A program made the position numbers and the translations under genes. A DNA stretch of 63,360 bases, counting the filler, from Octopus bimaculoides (taxonomy: Eukaryota): NCBI RefSeq assembly GCF_001194135.2. It is 8 parts of 7 records of this genome, joined end to end, with 100 filler letters (N's around TTAATTAATTAA, not from the genome) between each part and the next. Parts side by side here need not be neighbours in the genome. Positions count along the whole stretch, not along the records: positions 20,557 to 36,055 come from NC_069005.1; positions 36,156 to 41,607 come from NC_068984.1; 6 more parts are not named here. One strand, 5' to 3'. Within the stretch, counting starts at the first letter, position 1. Each line of letters begins with the position of its first letter. A model generated the notes under the pieces. That model was not told the DNA's origin. It searched no databases and saw nothing but the letters and a program-made list of their open reading frames with translations. Below, piece after piece: positions 25,390 to 37,992 of this stretch.

Positions 25390-25585
25390 CAGAATCATTA
25401 GCATGCAAGACAAAATGCTTAGCAGCATTTCATTTGTCCTCAAGTTCTAAGTTCAAATTCTGCCACAGTCAAACCTTGCCTTTTATCCATTTGGGGCTGA
25501 TGAAATAAGTGCCAGTTGAACATTGTGGTTGATGTGATCGACTGGCCCCTCTTACCCAAAATTTCAGGCCCTGTGCTAAAAGGAT
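25390..25585 (+). mobile_element. SINE family B
   Basis: gttctaagttcaaattctgccacagtc...tgatcgactggcccct...aaatttcaggccctgtg. Confidence 0.85.
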
Positions 25586-26589
25586 TATATAAGGATGGGT
25601 GGGAATAGCTGGAAAGAAAAGAAAGACAGTGACAATGAAGTCAGAGCACAGATTCAAGGTGAGTAAAAAAGAAAATATGGACAGAGGATCAAGAGAGAAA
25701 GAGAGGTTTGGTAATTTCATAAAAATGTGAAAGGAGAGTGACAGATGGTTAGGGATGGAGTAGAGGTGAATACAGTGAGTGACAAACAAGGGTGAAGTTG
25801 TGGTCGATGGTATACATTGGTATGGAGAGTGAAAAGTGACAAAGAAAGATGTGATTCAGGAAGGAGAAAGCGACAACAGCACAGGAAGGGAGAAAAGCAA
25901 CAGTATCATAAGCTTGTAGATAGATAAAAAAAATAGGGAGATGATGTGCAAGGTCTAAGAGCGAGGGGGAAAGGGGTGTACAGTAAGAGAGTGAGGAGAG
26001 GGATGTACAGTGACATAAAGATGGCAACCATGAGTTAAGCAACAACAGTGTGGTGGGGAACATCAACAGTAGATATGAGAGGGTGTTGAGAAAGATGGCT
26101 GATATGAGAGATGTTAAGATGAGATATGGCAGATCTAAGATTGTTGCTCAGAGGAGAGGAAGAGATATAAAGGCACAGACAGGGGATGATGGTGGAAAAT
26201 AGAGTTGAGCGGGGTAATAATGAGGGATGGAGTTTAGCATTTAGAATACTCTAGTAACTCTAATGTATATTCACTGAGATTTCAATGATGTGATTGCTTA
26301 TTCTGAGAGCAACATTGTAGGATGGATGTAACATAAAACAGGTAAAATATTCAGGCCAGATATGACCAGTTTGAATGCTGAAGGTTAAATGAAAATAGTT
26401 TCAGTGGGGTAAAGAAGGTAACTGGTAGCAGAAAAGGAGTATGAAGTATCTGTGAATTCTGCTCTCAAATGACTACAGTAACTGAGTAGCGCCATAATAG
26501 GAAGAGTGATGGAGGGATGACCTGATGGGAGAATACTGAGTGCAGGAGCAGGGCCAAACTAGTACAGCATAAACACAATGCTTTTTAGG

Positions 26590-26850
26590 ACCTCGCACTT
26601 GCCATGATGAATGGGTCTTCCCAAGCATAGCAAATTTTCAATCATTTTGATCTCTTGTCATTTCCTCCATCAAGTTCAACATCTTAAGCTCTTCTTCACA
26701 AGCTCCATCTACTTTAAGTGATAGGTACTTCTTCACCCAACTTCCCCCATTCATACACATCACATGTCCAAACTAGGGTTGTTTTCTCTCTTGCACACTA
26801 CATCTGATTTCTCTAATGTCTCATTTTTCTCTCAATACATTTTCACTTTG
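26590..26850 (-). mobile_element. Old RTE LINE C-terminal fragment
   Basis: Degenerate homolog of 23420-23640 (LREK...RCSVQERK...GHVM). Confidence 0.65.
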
Positions 26851-28411
26851 TTTTACACTACAAACAACTTCCCAAACCCATTCTACCTTGCAAAAATGGA
26901 CACTTTGATTGACAGAAACTAAAAGAAGTCTGTTGTGTGTGTGTATCCCTGTCTTGACATCACATGATAGTTGTAAATGAGTGGCACTGTCATATAAGCA
27001 GTGTCGTTTATTTCTAATATTTTGCAAGAACATGTCTGGTCATGAGGAAAATACTATCAAGCTTGGAAACAAACAAGGGTTGGTAACAGGAAGGGCATCC
27101 AGTCATATAAAAACTTGCCTCAATAAAATCTGTCTGACCCATGCAAGCATGGAAATTGAACATTAAAATAATGAAGATGATTAATTGATTGATGTGTGTG
27201 TGTGTGTGTGTATAGGGTGTTTGAAGTGGTGTACAGATATTGTATATTAAGAGAAAGGAGGCAGTCAGAATTTTGAATAATTCTTTATTAGTGCTGTCAT
27301 TTAAGTAACCGAATTCTTCAAGAAAAACTGAACCAAAATATTTGGGTTCAATTTTCCTTGAAGAATTTGGTTGGACGTTGAACGACGATGATGATGATGA
27401 TGATGAACGAAAGCACAAATAAATTCTGACTGCCTCCTTTTTCNNNNNNNNNNNNNNNNNNNNNNNNNNNNNNNNNNNNNNNNNNNNNNNNNNNNNNNNN
27501 NNNNNNNNNNNNNNNNNNNNNNNNNNNNNNNNNNNNNNNNNNNNNNNNNNNNNNNNNNNNNNNNNNNNNNNNNNNNNNNNNNNNNNNNNNNNNNNNNNNN
27601 NNNNNNNNNNNNNNNNNNNNNNNNNNNNNNNNNNNNNNNNNNNNNNNNNNNNNNNNNNNNNNNNNNNNNNNNNNNNNNNNNNNNNNNNNNNNNNNNNNNN
27701 NNNNNNNNNNNNNNNNNNNNNNNNNNNNNNNNNNNNNNNNNNNNNNNNNNNNNNNNNNNNNNNNNNNNNNNNNNNNNNNNNNNNNNNNNNNNNNNNNNNN
27801 NNNNNNNNNNNNNNNNNNNNNNNNNNNNNNNNNNNNNNNNNNNNNNNNNNNNNNNNNNNNNNNNNNNNNNNNNNNNNNNNNNNNNNNNNNNNNNNNNNNN
27901 NNNNNNNNNNNNNNNNNNNNNNNNNNNNNNNNNNNNNNNNNNNNNNNNNNNNNNNNNNNNNNNNNNNNNNNNNNNNNNNNNNNNNNNNNNNNNNNNNNNN
28001 NNNNNNNNNNNNNNNNNNNNNNNNNNNNNNNNNNNNNNNNNNNNNNNNNNNNNNNNNNNNNNNNNNNNNNNNNNNNNNNNNNNNNNNNNNNNNNNNNNNN
28101 NNNNNNNNNNNNNNNNNNNNNNNNNNNNNNNNNNNNNNNNNNNNNNNNNNNNNNNNNNNNNNNNNNNNNNNNNNNNNNNNNNNNNNNNNNNNNNNNNNNN
28201 NNNNNNNNNNNNNNNNNNNNNNNNNNNNNNNNNNNNNNNNNNNNNNNNNNNNNNNNNNNNNNNNNNNNNNNNNNNNNNNNNNNNNNNNNNNNNNNNNNNN
28301 NNNNNNNNNNNNNNNNNNNNNNNNNNNNNNNNNNNNNNNNNNNNNNNNNNNNNNNNNNNNNNNNNNNNNNNNNNNNNNNNNNNNNNNNNNNNNNNNNNNN
28401 NNNNNNNNNNN

Positions 28412-28894
28412 GCCAGCCCAACGGTCTCCCTTCATGGTAGAATTAATAGTCCAAGACTATTTAAGCATTTTATCTGATCAAATTCATCCTATGGTTGCAG
28501 AACTGTTTCCAGAGGGAAACGCAATCTTACAGGATGATAATGCCCTAATTCACACAGCTAAAGTTGTTACTGAATGGCACAAGGAACATTCTAGTGAAGT
28601 TGAACATCTTATCTGGCCACCACAGTCCCCAGATCTCAATATTATTCAACATTTATGGTGCATTTTAGAAGAACAAGTAAGAAGATGATATCCTCCACCA
28701 TCATAACTTCAAGAACTGGAGACTCTCTTGGCTGAAGAATGGACAAAAATTCCTCTGGAAACAACTCAAACTTTGTACGAGTCCATACCTAGTAGAATTC
28801 AAGCTGTAATTACTGCCAAAGGCAGTCCTACCCCATATTAAAATAAATTTGTTTGAAATTTTAAGATGTTTCCATTATTTTGTCCAACCCCTGT
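28412..28894 (+). mobile_element. Tc1 (DD34E-type) transposon 3' part with terminal repeat
   Basis: ILQDDNALIHTAKVVTEW...IWPPQSPDLNIIQHLW, IPSRIQAVITAKG..TPY; ends ttttgtccaacccctgta. Confidence 0.9.
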
Positions 28895-29581
28895 ACACAT
28901 ATATGTATACGCGCGCGCGCACGTAGTTATGAGAGTGATTTTGTATTTCTTCCCATGTGTTTCACGTGCGCGTCTGGAAACAAAAAAGGTTCGTCTTAGT
29001 TTCATTTGTTTCCAGTTCTCCACATAACCATGTCTGGGCTGTTTGTTGTTTCATAGACTGAAAGATTATTACCTCACTTGGAAACAGGTGGGAGTGGCGA
29101 CAGGAAGAGCATCCGGCCGTTATAAACCCTAACTTGACATTCTCTCGTCTGACCCGTGCAAGCATGGAAAAGTAGACGTTAAAGCGCTGATGGTGATACA
29201 CACAGTATGTATTCAAAGGGGAAATAAATGCAACTGAGACTTGCATACCTTCTATAAACGTAGTGACATTTCTATAAATAAAACTGAAACAAGATGAGAG
29301 GTCACGGTCGGAATGTCTAAACATAATTCTGCTCAATCAGGGCGAGCTGACTGAGAGATAAACAACTGAGTCAGTGACTCAGCTTTTAGCTTTCCTACAT
29401 AGAAACACACACACACACAACATGTATAAACACAGACACAAACACATACTAAATACCACCCTAGCATTTAAAAAAAAACACATCTTCTAGAAAGAACATG
29501 TTCGAAAAAAAAAAAAAAAAAGGCAGAGTGGTCCAGCATGGGACGCCTTCGATCACTGATCTGCCAGAAGACACCAATCAA

Positions 29582-29637
<56 letters not shown>

Positions 29638-30211
29638 CATAACTAAATCGATATCATGCCATATACTTGTATGTAAATATAAATACACACATACACGAGT
29701 TGTTAAATGAAGACGAAGATCTATGTAATGTAAGGATTCTAGAATATACTAAAAAGTATATGAAGTCCTATATCAACTCTGATCAAGCAGATCTATAATC
29801 AAAGATGTTTCCAACTGTGACCATGCATATCGAGGACTACACTATCTAGTGTGTGTCGGTCTGTATGTGTATAAGACGGTAACGATTTGGGTAAATTTGG
29901 CTGCTAATTTTGGGGGATGACCAGAAACCTCGTAGAGTCTGCTCCCTCACTTGGTTTTGCTGTTATATTTTTCGATTAACTTGTAGATGTCTCCCCACAC
30001 CACGACCACCACCTCTAGGCTTTGATGAAGTAGTGAGAGTTAAGTCTCTTGTTCAACACTGCAAAACCTTTGTAGTTAGTTTATAATATAAAACATTTGC
30101 AAAGACCTATACATACAGCCACAATACATGTATGTACGGTGTGCACGAATTAATTAGCCGGAAACCGTACAAATATGTTATATTGGCTAAACATATGCTA
30201 GTGGCATGTTA

Positions 30212-30256
<45 letters not shown>

Positions 30257-30331
30257 NNNNNNNNNNNNNNNNNNNNNNNNNNNNNNNNNNNNNNNNNNNN
30301 NNNNNNNNNNNNNNNNNNNNNNNNNNNTATG

Positions 30332-30368
<37 letters not shown>

Positions 30369-30696
30369 CGAATTCGTCCGTATATACATCCATGAACATT
30401 TCATATTAGCATTATACAAACGAATGTGAGTATATACACACTGATATATTTATATGTGTGTATGTATGTATGCGTGTGCGTATATATTCGATTATTAATT
30501 AGTATTTTACAAAAAGGTACAAACCACACGAACACACACATATAATAGATAGATAGATGACAAAGCTATTATTTTGTTATCTGAACGAAGGAGAGACTCG
30601 GAGTAACTACGTAATGAATCATCAAATTCGAATAAATACCCCTCGACTGTATATGAGTATTCTTTCTCCCATTCGCACATGAAAACGCTAATATAT

Positions 30697-30727
<31 letters not shown>

Positions 30728-31248
30728 TACACATCTATACACACACATATTCACGCATACACACATATATACATGCTTATACACACACGTGTGTGTGTAT
30801 GTGTCTATATATAAAGGCGGGTGAGAGAGAATATATATACATGACCAAAATACATATATACTACAGAGTTTAATGCAAAGCTTGAAAGATGGATAGATGG
30901 ATGTGAGCGTGTGCGTAGTTAAGAGGGTCGATTAGTTTTCGTTACTTACCGGTGTGTCGAATGAGTAAGCACATTCGTCTTTATAAACTTTATCCCCAGT
31001 CGAAGGAACCTTGATTCGTTTCAAATGTGCCGTCAGTGTCCCGTACATGTTTCCACCTTCTGTAAACAAGATATTTCTGCGATGTTATATATATATATAA
31101 CAATATTTATGTACCCAAAAAATTTTATAACATTTTTCTGACATTATTTAAATATATNNNNNNNNNNNNNNNNNNNNNNNNNNNNNNNNNNNNNNNNNNN
31201 NNNNNNNNNNNNNNNNNNNNNNNNNNNNNNNNNNNNNNNNNNNNNNNN

Positions 31249-31280
<32 letters not shown>

Positions 31281-32404
31281 ATATATGAAAGTATAATGAA
31301 AGATAAAGAAAAAAAAAGATACTGCTCTTACAACGAAATGTGTTCTTCAAATATATAATTAAAATTTTTGAACAAGTATAGTGATTACGTAAATTTATGA
31401 GAGCGTATAAAATAGCTAGCTAGATAGATAGATAGGAGCCTATTATTTATATATATCTGTGCGTGTGTGTAAGTATGTATCTGATATATTATATATTTTT
31501 GCTTCCCACCTTTCTCTTGTATATCCAAAATCCAATTGTTATTAAATGTCTCAGATTTGTTGTTGCTAATGTATATATTCCTTTTATTTAATTCTCTGTT
31601 GCTCTTCTAGTTGTTTCTTCTGTCGTTTCTCTTTTTCTTTCCACACTCTCTCTCTCTTTCTCCTTTTTTCAGTTCTTTATTCTCTTGCCATTCGATCCTG
31701 CAACACCTTTCTTTCCAAAACCGTAACAAACTGAAAGAATCTCTTTCTTTCTCCTTCGCCTTCTTCCACAACACTGAGCCGGTTTCTGGCGACCGCTTAA
31801 GCTATCCACAATAAAATACATACACACATATGCAACCGTATATATTATATCTATGTATATTAAATGAGGTTTTTACGAAACCGAGAAACCGACACAGTAA
31901 AGTAAGTAATCACTCTTTGTCATAGTCTCTCTTTTTTTTTAATATATTTAAATAAGAAGCAATCATTATTTTTGATTTTTAAAAAAAATGATCACATTTG
32001 TGTCAATTAATAAAACAAAGTGATAATAATTATGATTTACAAATTAATTCATTCATCTAAATTTTGCTATATTTTATATATTAATGATAAATTTCGTTGA
32101 TTGAAAATTGTGCGACGGTAGAAAAAAAAACGTTTAAAATTGAAAGAGAGGATGCAGGATACAAAGAGAGTGAGAAACAGTAAGATTCAGAGATGGTGAG
32201 CGCTTAAGTAATTGAAAAAAAAAGCCGGTTGGAGACGGAGGGGAGGAGGAGACCATTTCAAAAGCTGTTATAGTTTTGCATATAAAACCAGAGTTATTTC
32301 CCTTCTTTATATTAAAACTACGGCACAAGACCTATTATCCAGCTTCTAGAAATCCGGGTCTTCCAGAGACCCAGAAATACTGTGCAATATAGTGTAATAT
32401 ATAT

Positions 32405-33510
32405 ATCTTGTGTCATGGCATATTCAAGCCTTTGACGAATCATGGCTAGCTCTTCCATTTATTTCTGTCTCTAGCAACATCACCCAGGTCTTTCTCGCTC
32501 TCACGTTCAATGTCTTCTTCATCCAGTTGAACATCTTCATTCTCTGCTTTCCTCTCGCTCTCCTTCCCACCAATTCATTCTCCACCATGTAATACTCCTT
32601 CCGTCATCCTCTCTGAGAAAATGACCAACAAATTTCCACTGTCTCTCTCTCTGATAACATCCATCAACTGTCTCTTCACCTTCATATTCTTGAACACTTC
32701 CACATTTGTCACCCTTTGTACCCACGAGATTCTAAGCATTTTGCTATAAAACCACATTTCTGCAGCTTTGAGTCTCTTCTCCATGACTTTGCTTATCGTC
32801 CAAGACTGACAGCCATACGTTAGCACCGACCAGATGTAGCACTTCAATAGTCTTTTCTTGACTTTCATTCCAATTCTCTTTGCACAAAAGATGCTCCTTG
32901 TATCCATAAAAGCCTTCTTTGTTAATCCAATTCTGCACTTGATGTCCTTATCTGACCTTCCATCTGATGTTATCCAACTTCCCAGATATATGAAACTGAC
33001 CTTCTGCTCTATCTCAGTTCCATTCACCGTCAAGCGGTATGCAGGTACTTGTGCTTTCTTGGTACAGATCATTGGAGAAGGTTTTCTGGCATCTAATCGT
33101 CAGTCCAAGCCTTCCAATCTCCTCAGTCACGATATTAATCAATCCCTGAAGTTTCTCTTCTGTGTCTGCAAACAAAGCCACATCGTCTGTGTACCTCAGA
33201 TTGTTATAATTCCTTCCCCCCAGTTGTAACCCTGCAATTGTCTTGGTCTTGCTTAGGGCTTTCTCACTATACAGGTTGAATAAATCAGGTGACAAAATAC
33301 AACCCTGCTGGACGCCTTCCTGAATGTTAATCCAGTCGCCCAATTCTCCATGCACTCTGATGGCTGCTTTCTGGTCCCAATACAAATTTCGAATCATTCT
33401 TAGATCATTCCCATCAATCTTGAGTTCTTCCAACATTCTCACCAACTCTTCACGCTTGACACAGTCAAACGCCTTCACGTCACATAATCAATAAAACAGA
33501 TGTACAAGTC
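32405..33510 (-). mobile_element. RTE-clade LINE RT (second RTE family), 5'-truncated
   Basis: KAFDCVKREEL, GVQQGCILSPDLFNLY, LRYTDD, FIYLGSWITSDGRSDKDIKCRIG, LTYGCQSWT. Confidence 0.93.
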
Positions 33511-33714
33511 TTTTTGTTTCTCTATACTTGGGCAATGCTGGGATGCATTGCTAGTATACTGTAATCTGTAATGAGTAATTAGATCTTATTTTTTAAGTTA
33601 ATTTGCATATGGTGTATTAAAAATAGTTTTGTTCTTTACTTTTTCAAGTGGATTGATAAAGGTTAGACATACTCTGCTTTAGATGTGTATTAACTTATAT
33701 ACATCTTTTATCTT

Positions 33715-33810
33715 TTACTTGTTGCAACCATCAGACTGCAGCCTTGCTGGGGCACCGCCTTGAAGGAGTTTTGGTCGAATGAGTCAACACCAGTACTTTT
33801 TTTTTCCTCT
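33715..33810 (-). mobile_element. SINE family C tail fragment
   Basis: tcttttacttgtt...gctggggcaccgccttgaagg...ggtcgaa. Confidence 0.7.
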
Positions 33811-34114
33811 TTAAGCCTGGAACTTTTTTTTTTTTGACAAACCACTCACAAGGCTCTGATTGAGTAGCCCTGTACTCATCTATAGATGCTTTTGAATCCT
33901 TTGATATCCAAGTATAGTTATGTACACAGACATAGACATGTGTATTGGAGTGTCTAAAACTATTTGTATGATCTTATATACTGTTTGTAGGCTTTTTATG
34001 TGCCTTATATTTTTATATTTTCATTTTTCATTTTTATTTTTACTGTATTCTTATTTTTATTTCTATTTTATTTTTATTTTTATTTTTTAATTTATATTTG
34101 TGTTGAATTTTTGT

Positions 34115-34249
34115 GAATCTCTGAAGAGGCCTAGCGAATCATGCATGTACCCCCATTTCAGCATTTCCTCTGCTAATTACTCCAGCACGCTGGAGCTATT
34201 CGGATAGAATGGGGCATGCCAACGCTAGGCCGAAACAGCTGTAAGTTTT
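34115..34249 (+). ncRNA. Type I hammerhead ribozyme with canonical core and a large structured helix II extension
   Basis: GAATCT-CTGAAGA-GGCCTAGCG...CGCTAGGCC-GAAAC(AGCT)GT-A-AGTTTT: perfect 9-bp helix II, palindromic helix III ACAGCTGT, predicted cleavage after 34243. Confidence 0.8.
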
Positions 34250-34879
34250 TGTTTATTCTCAAATTCCTAATGTACTTTATATTTGTAACCCTGATTGTTA
34301 ATATAACACGGTATGTCATAAGCATTTGTATATTGTAGTTTTTGTCATTTTAGTTACAAAATAAATTAATTAATTCAACGGAATACACTGTCTGCAAGTC
34401 GATGGATACAGCATATTCTCCTCCATTTTCTAATTGATATATAAATTTAGGGTAAAATAACCCCACTTTTACCCGCACCCACTTATTACACTTGGTATAA
34501 CACCAGTGTAACAATAANNNNNNNNNNAAAACTCAAAGTTTGTCTGTTTTCCTGCCCTTTGATTAAGATAAAGATTACAAATAAAATAGTCATTTCTCCC
34601 TTTAAGAAAAAAAAATCAAGTTGAAAATATCAACACTTCAAAGAGTCACCGCACCTACCTACCGTTGTCCATCCTTTTTTCTTACTTTCTTTTTTCTACC
34701 TTTAATCATTTATACAACTTTCAGAGTGCTGTGAACTTGAAAGATAGAAATTCTCCCTTTATTTTTATGGATCATGGCTACTTATTTTCTTTTTCTTAAA
34801 GGGGGAAATTATTATTTTATTTAAAATAAAATATTAATTTTTATAATCTTAATTAAAAGACAGAAAAACAGACAGAGAG

Positions 34880-35510
34880 ATTCTTTCTTTATAGATGAAG
34901 ATTCGTAGCAATGGGAGGAATTGAATCCCTTAAGAATGGGATAACAAACAACAAATGGATTGTACCTTATAACAAAACTCTTTTAAGAGCATTCCAATGC
35001 CACCTCACCAGTGAGGTCAGTTAAGTATGTCATCAAGTACATGCTGAAAGGAAATGACCAATAAACAATAACGAAATTAGTCGATATCTAATGGGTAGGT
35101 ATATTGGACCATCTGAGGCAGTTGCATCCATTTTAGGATCTTCAATTCATGAAAGAGCTCCTGCAATAGTGAGATTGCAAGTTCATCTACCAGATGAACA
35201 AAGAATATTGCTCAGAAATAATGAGGATATATATGGCTGTCAATGAATGACATATGAGAACAACATTGACAGAATTCTTTCCATTGTGCATCAATGATGA
35301 TTTTGCAAAAGCATTACTTTATGCTGAAATACTCATGTTTGTGGAACAGTAGTAACAAAGAATGGCAAAGGAGAAAGCAAGGAAAAACAGTTGGAGGCCA
35401 TTTGAACATTTTCAAAGATGGAAAACTCAGTCCTGTTCATGTTGTCACACCAAAGGCAAGAGAACTGTATTATTTAAGAATTCTATTGCATGAAGTTCAA
35501 AATGGTGTTT
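34880..35510 (+). pseudogene. Helitron Rep-domain remnant
   Basis: NKWIVPYNKTLLRAFQCH, GRYIGPSEAV, IHERAPAIVRLQVHLPDEQR, KEWQRRKQG, ELYYLRILLHEV. Confidence 0.85.
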
Positions 35511-35792
35511 TTTTCCTTTCTTACACTGCTGTGCATTGACATTTTCAACTTGCAGTGGTTGCAACCAAACAGGTCATGGTAGGTGCATCTAGGTCATGGC
35601 CAGATTGAAGTAATCTAAAGTATAACCAGCAGAAATTGCAAAGATAATCTGGAACTCGACTGAAGAAAGAAAACTCCGAATGACCTGTCCTTGTTTTTTT
35701 GTTTCGTCTGTCTGGATGTTTTGTTGTCCCTTTTTTGGATCATCTAACTGTTTGGATGTTTTGCGTTCTTGTCCCATTTTTGGTATTCCTTT

Positions 35793-36055
35793 ATCTATAT
35801 ATATAAAAATGAGAATGTGTGTCTGTCTGTCTGTCTGTGTGAATCCCTAAAACTCGAGAACTACACAACCAATTTCATTCAAATTTTACAGATGCCTTAC
35901 TTAGGGTTCCAGTTGTGTTTTAGTCAAAAAACATTTTAACTTCTTGCAGAGTTCGAGCCCACAGCAACATAATATCTCCTCCACTATTTAAGTATTACGT
36001 GTCAAAAGTGAAACAAAAACACTCATGTCAAATACTTTCACTTTAAAAATGAAAC
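35793..36055 (+). mobile_element. Probable non-autonomous Helitron-like 5' end
   Basis: Starts TCTATATATATAAAAATGAGAATG followed by (tgtc)n, a typical non-autonomous Helitron/Helentron start. Confidence 0.5.
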
Positions 36056-36232
36056 NNNNNNNNNNNNNNNNNNNNNNNNNNNNNNNNNNNNNNNNNNNNT
36101 TAATTAATTAANNNNNNNNNNNNNNNNNNNNNNNNNNNNNNNNNNNNNNNNNNNNCAAGATAGATACATACATACATAGGTGGAGAAAGAAATATATAGA
36201 TATATACATACGTGTGTGCGTATATATATATG

Positions 36233-36267
<35 letters not shown>

Positions 36268-36384
36268 ATTTGTATATGTATATACGCGTTTACATATATA
36301 TACATCTACGTCTCTATCTACATATGCATCAATTTCTGTACAACATACTCGCACGCATATCCACACACACAAACATGTTTGGCA

Positions 36385-36756
36385 CATTGGCACCCCGCCG
36401 CTTACGACATCGAGGGTTCCAGTTGATCCGATCAACCGAACAACCTGCTCGTGAAATTAACGTGCAAGTGGCTGAGCACTCCACAGACACGTGTACCCTT
36501 AACGTAGTTCTCAGAGATATTCAGCTTGGCCGTGTGACAAGGCTGGCCCTTTGAATTACAGGCAAAACAGAAACAGGAAGTAAGAGTGAGAGAAAGTTGT
36601 GGCGAAAGAGTACAGCAGGGTTCACCACCATCCTCTGCCGGAGGTGGTTTAGGTGTTTTCGCTTAATGAACACTCACAACGCCCGGTCTGGGAATCGAAA
36701 CCGCGATCCTATGACCGCGAGTCCGCTGCCCTAACCACTGGGCCATTGCGCCTCCA
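36385..36756 (-). mobile_element. Full-length tRNA-derived SINE family A
   Basis: Reverse complement gtggaggcgcaatggcccagtggttagggcagcggactcgcggtc...gcggtttcgattcccagaccggg with A box TGGCCCAGTGG and B box GGTTTCGATTCC. Confidence 0.92.
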
Positions 36757-37947
36757 CACGAATATGTAAAAATNNNNNNNNNNNNNNNNNNNNNNNNNNN
36801 NNNNNNNNNNNNNNNNNNNNNNNNNNNNNNNNNNNNNNNNNNNNNNNNNNNNNNNNNNNNNNNNNNNNNNNNNNNNNNNNNNNNNNNNNNNNNNNNNNNN
36901 NNNNNNNNNNNNNNNNNNNNNNNNNNNNNNNNNNNNNNNNNNNNNNNNNNNNNNNNNNNNNNNNNNNNNNNNNNNNNATACCCTGTCGATGTTGATATTA
37001 CAATGAAGGAGCTTTGGGTCTAGGTTAGAAACCAGCTCTTTCAAGAAATGTTGAAATAAAATTGAATAATGACCTACATACGTACGTATGTATATATGAA
37101 TGTATGTATGCATGTATGTATGTATTTATGTATGTATGTATGTATGTATTTATGTATTTATGTATGAACGTATGTATGAATGTATGTATGTATGTATGAA
37201 TGTATGTATGCATGTATGCCTTATGTATGTATGTATTTATGTATGCATATATTAAACTGAATGAAACGGATAAAGAGTTGGATAATTCTATATAATTTTG
37301 ATGTGAACAATGTTTTTGTTTAATCTCGACTGCATAGGAAAAAGTTAAACGTTCTAATTTTGTGATATTTTCATAAAAATGTAGCATTTACGACTTTTTA
37401 AACGCAACTCTACCTTCTTTATGAAATATGAAGAAAATATCATTCATTCATTGTAACATTACTATTTTTACCTTTAAAATCAGAAGTTTGTTTCTGATTT
37501 GCGGTCAGTTTTACAAAAACTATCTCGGGCATTTTACTATTTACATTTGAAAATCAAACACAACTCTAATATGGATTTCTTTCTTTAACGAGTCAAAATG
37601 TTAAGTGCCTACAAGCCCACAACTGGCAAGTAACTTTGACTTGAGTAATAATTGTGTTTTTATATGTTTTAAAAATCAATATGGAGACAGAAAAATATAA
37701 ACAAAACTTCAAAGGAGAGTATTTCGTAAATCCGTCAGCACAATTCAATTAATCAATGTTATGAGTAATAATAAAATTGTTTTAACTATAATAGATGTAA
37801 AGAAATATGTAGTCTTAGCTTTCTATTAAATGAAAGTAACGTCTGAAGTACAAATGTGAAACAACACACAAAAAAGAACACTCCGAAGGAAAGCAATAAA
37901 ATGTACTTTATATATACATATACATATATACATGTGTGTCTGTGAGT

Positions 37948-37992
<45 letters not shown>

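Noticed and set aside
25600-26580. Purine-rich kilobase, possibly an old retroelement 3' region
   Set aside because: No motif could be recovered with confidence.
35650-35692. CTGAAGAAAGAAAACTCCGAATGACCTGTC
   Set aside because: Incomplete GAAA and no helix I partner; at most a very decayed motif.
36680-36756. tRNA gene
   Set aside because: A and B boxes are present but continue into a SINE body; it is a tRNA-derived head, not a tRNA.
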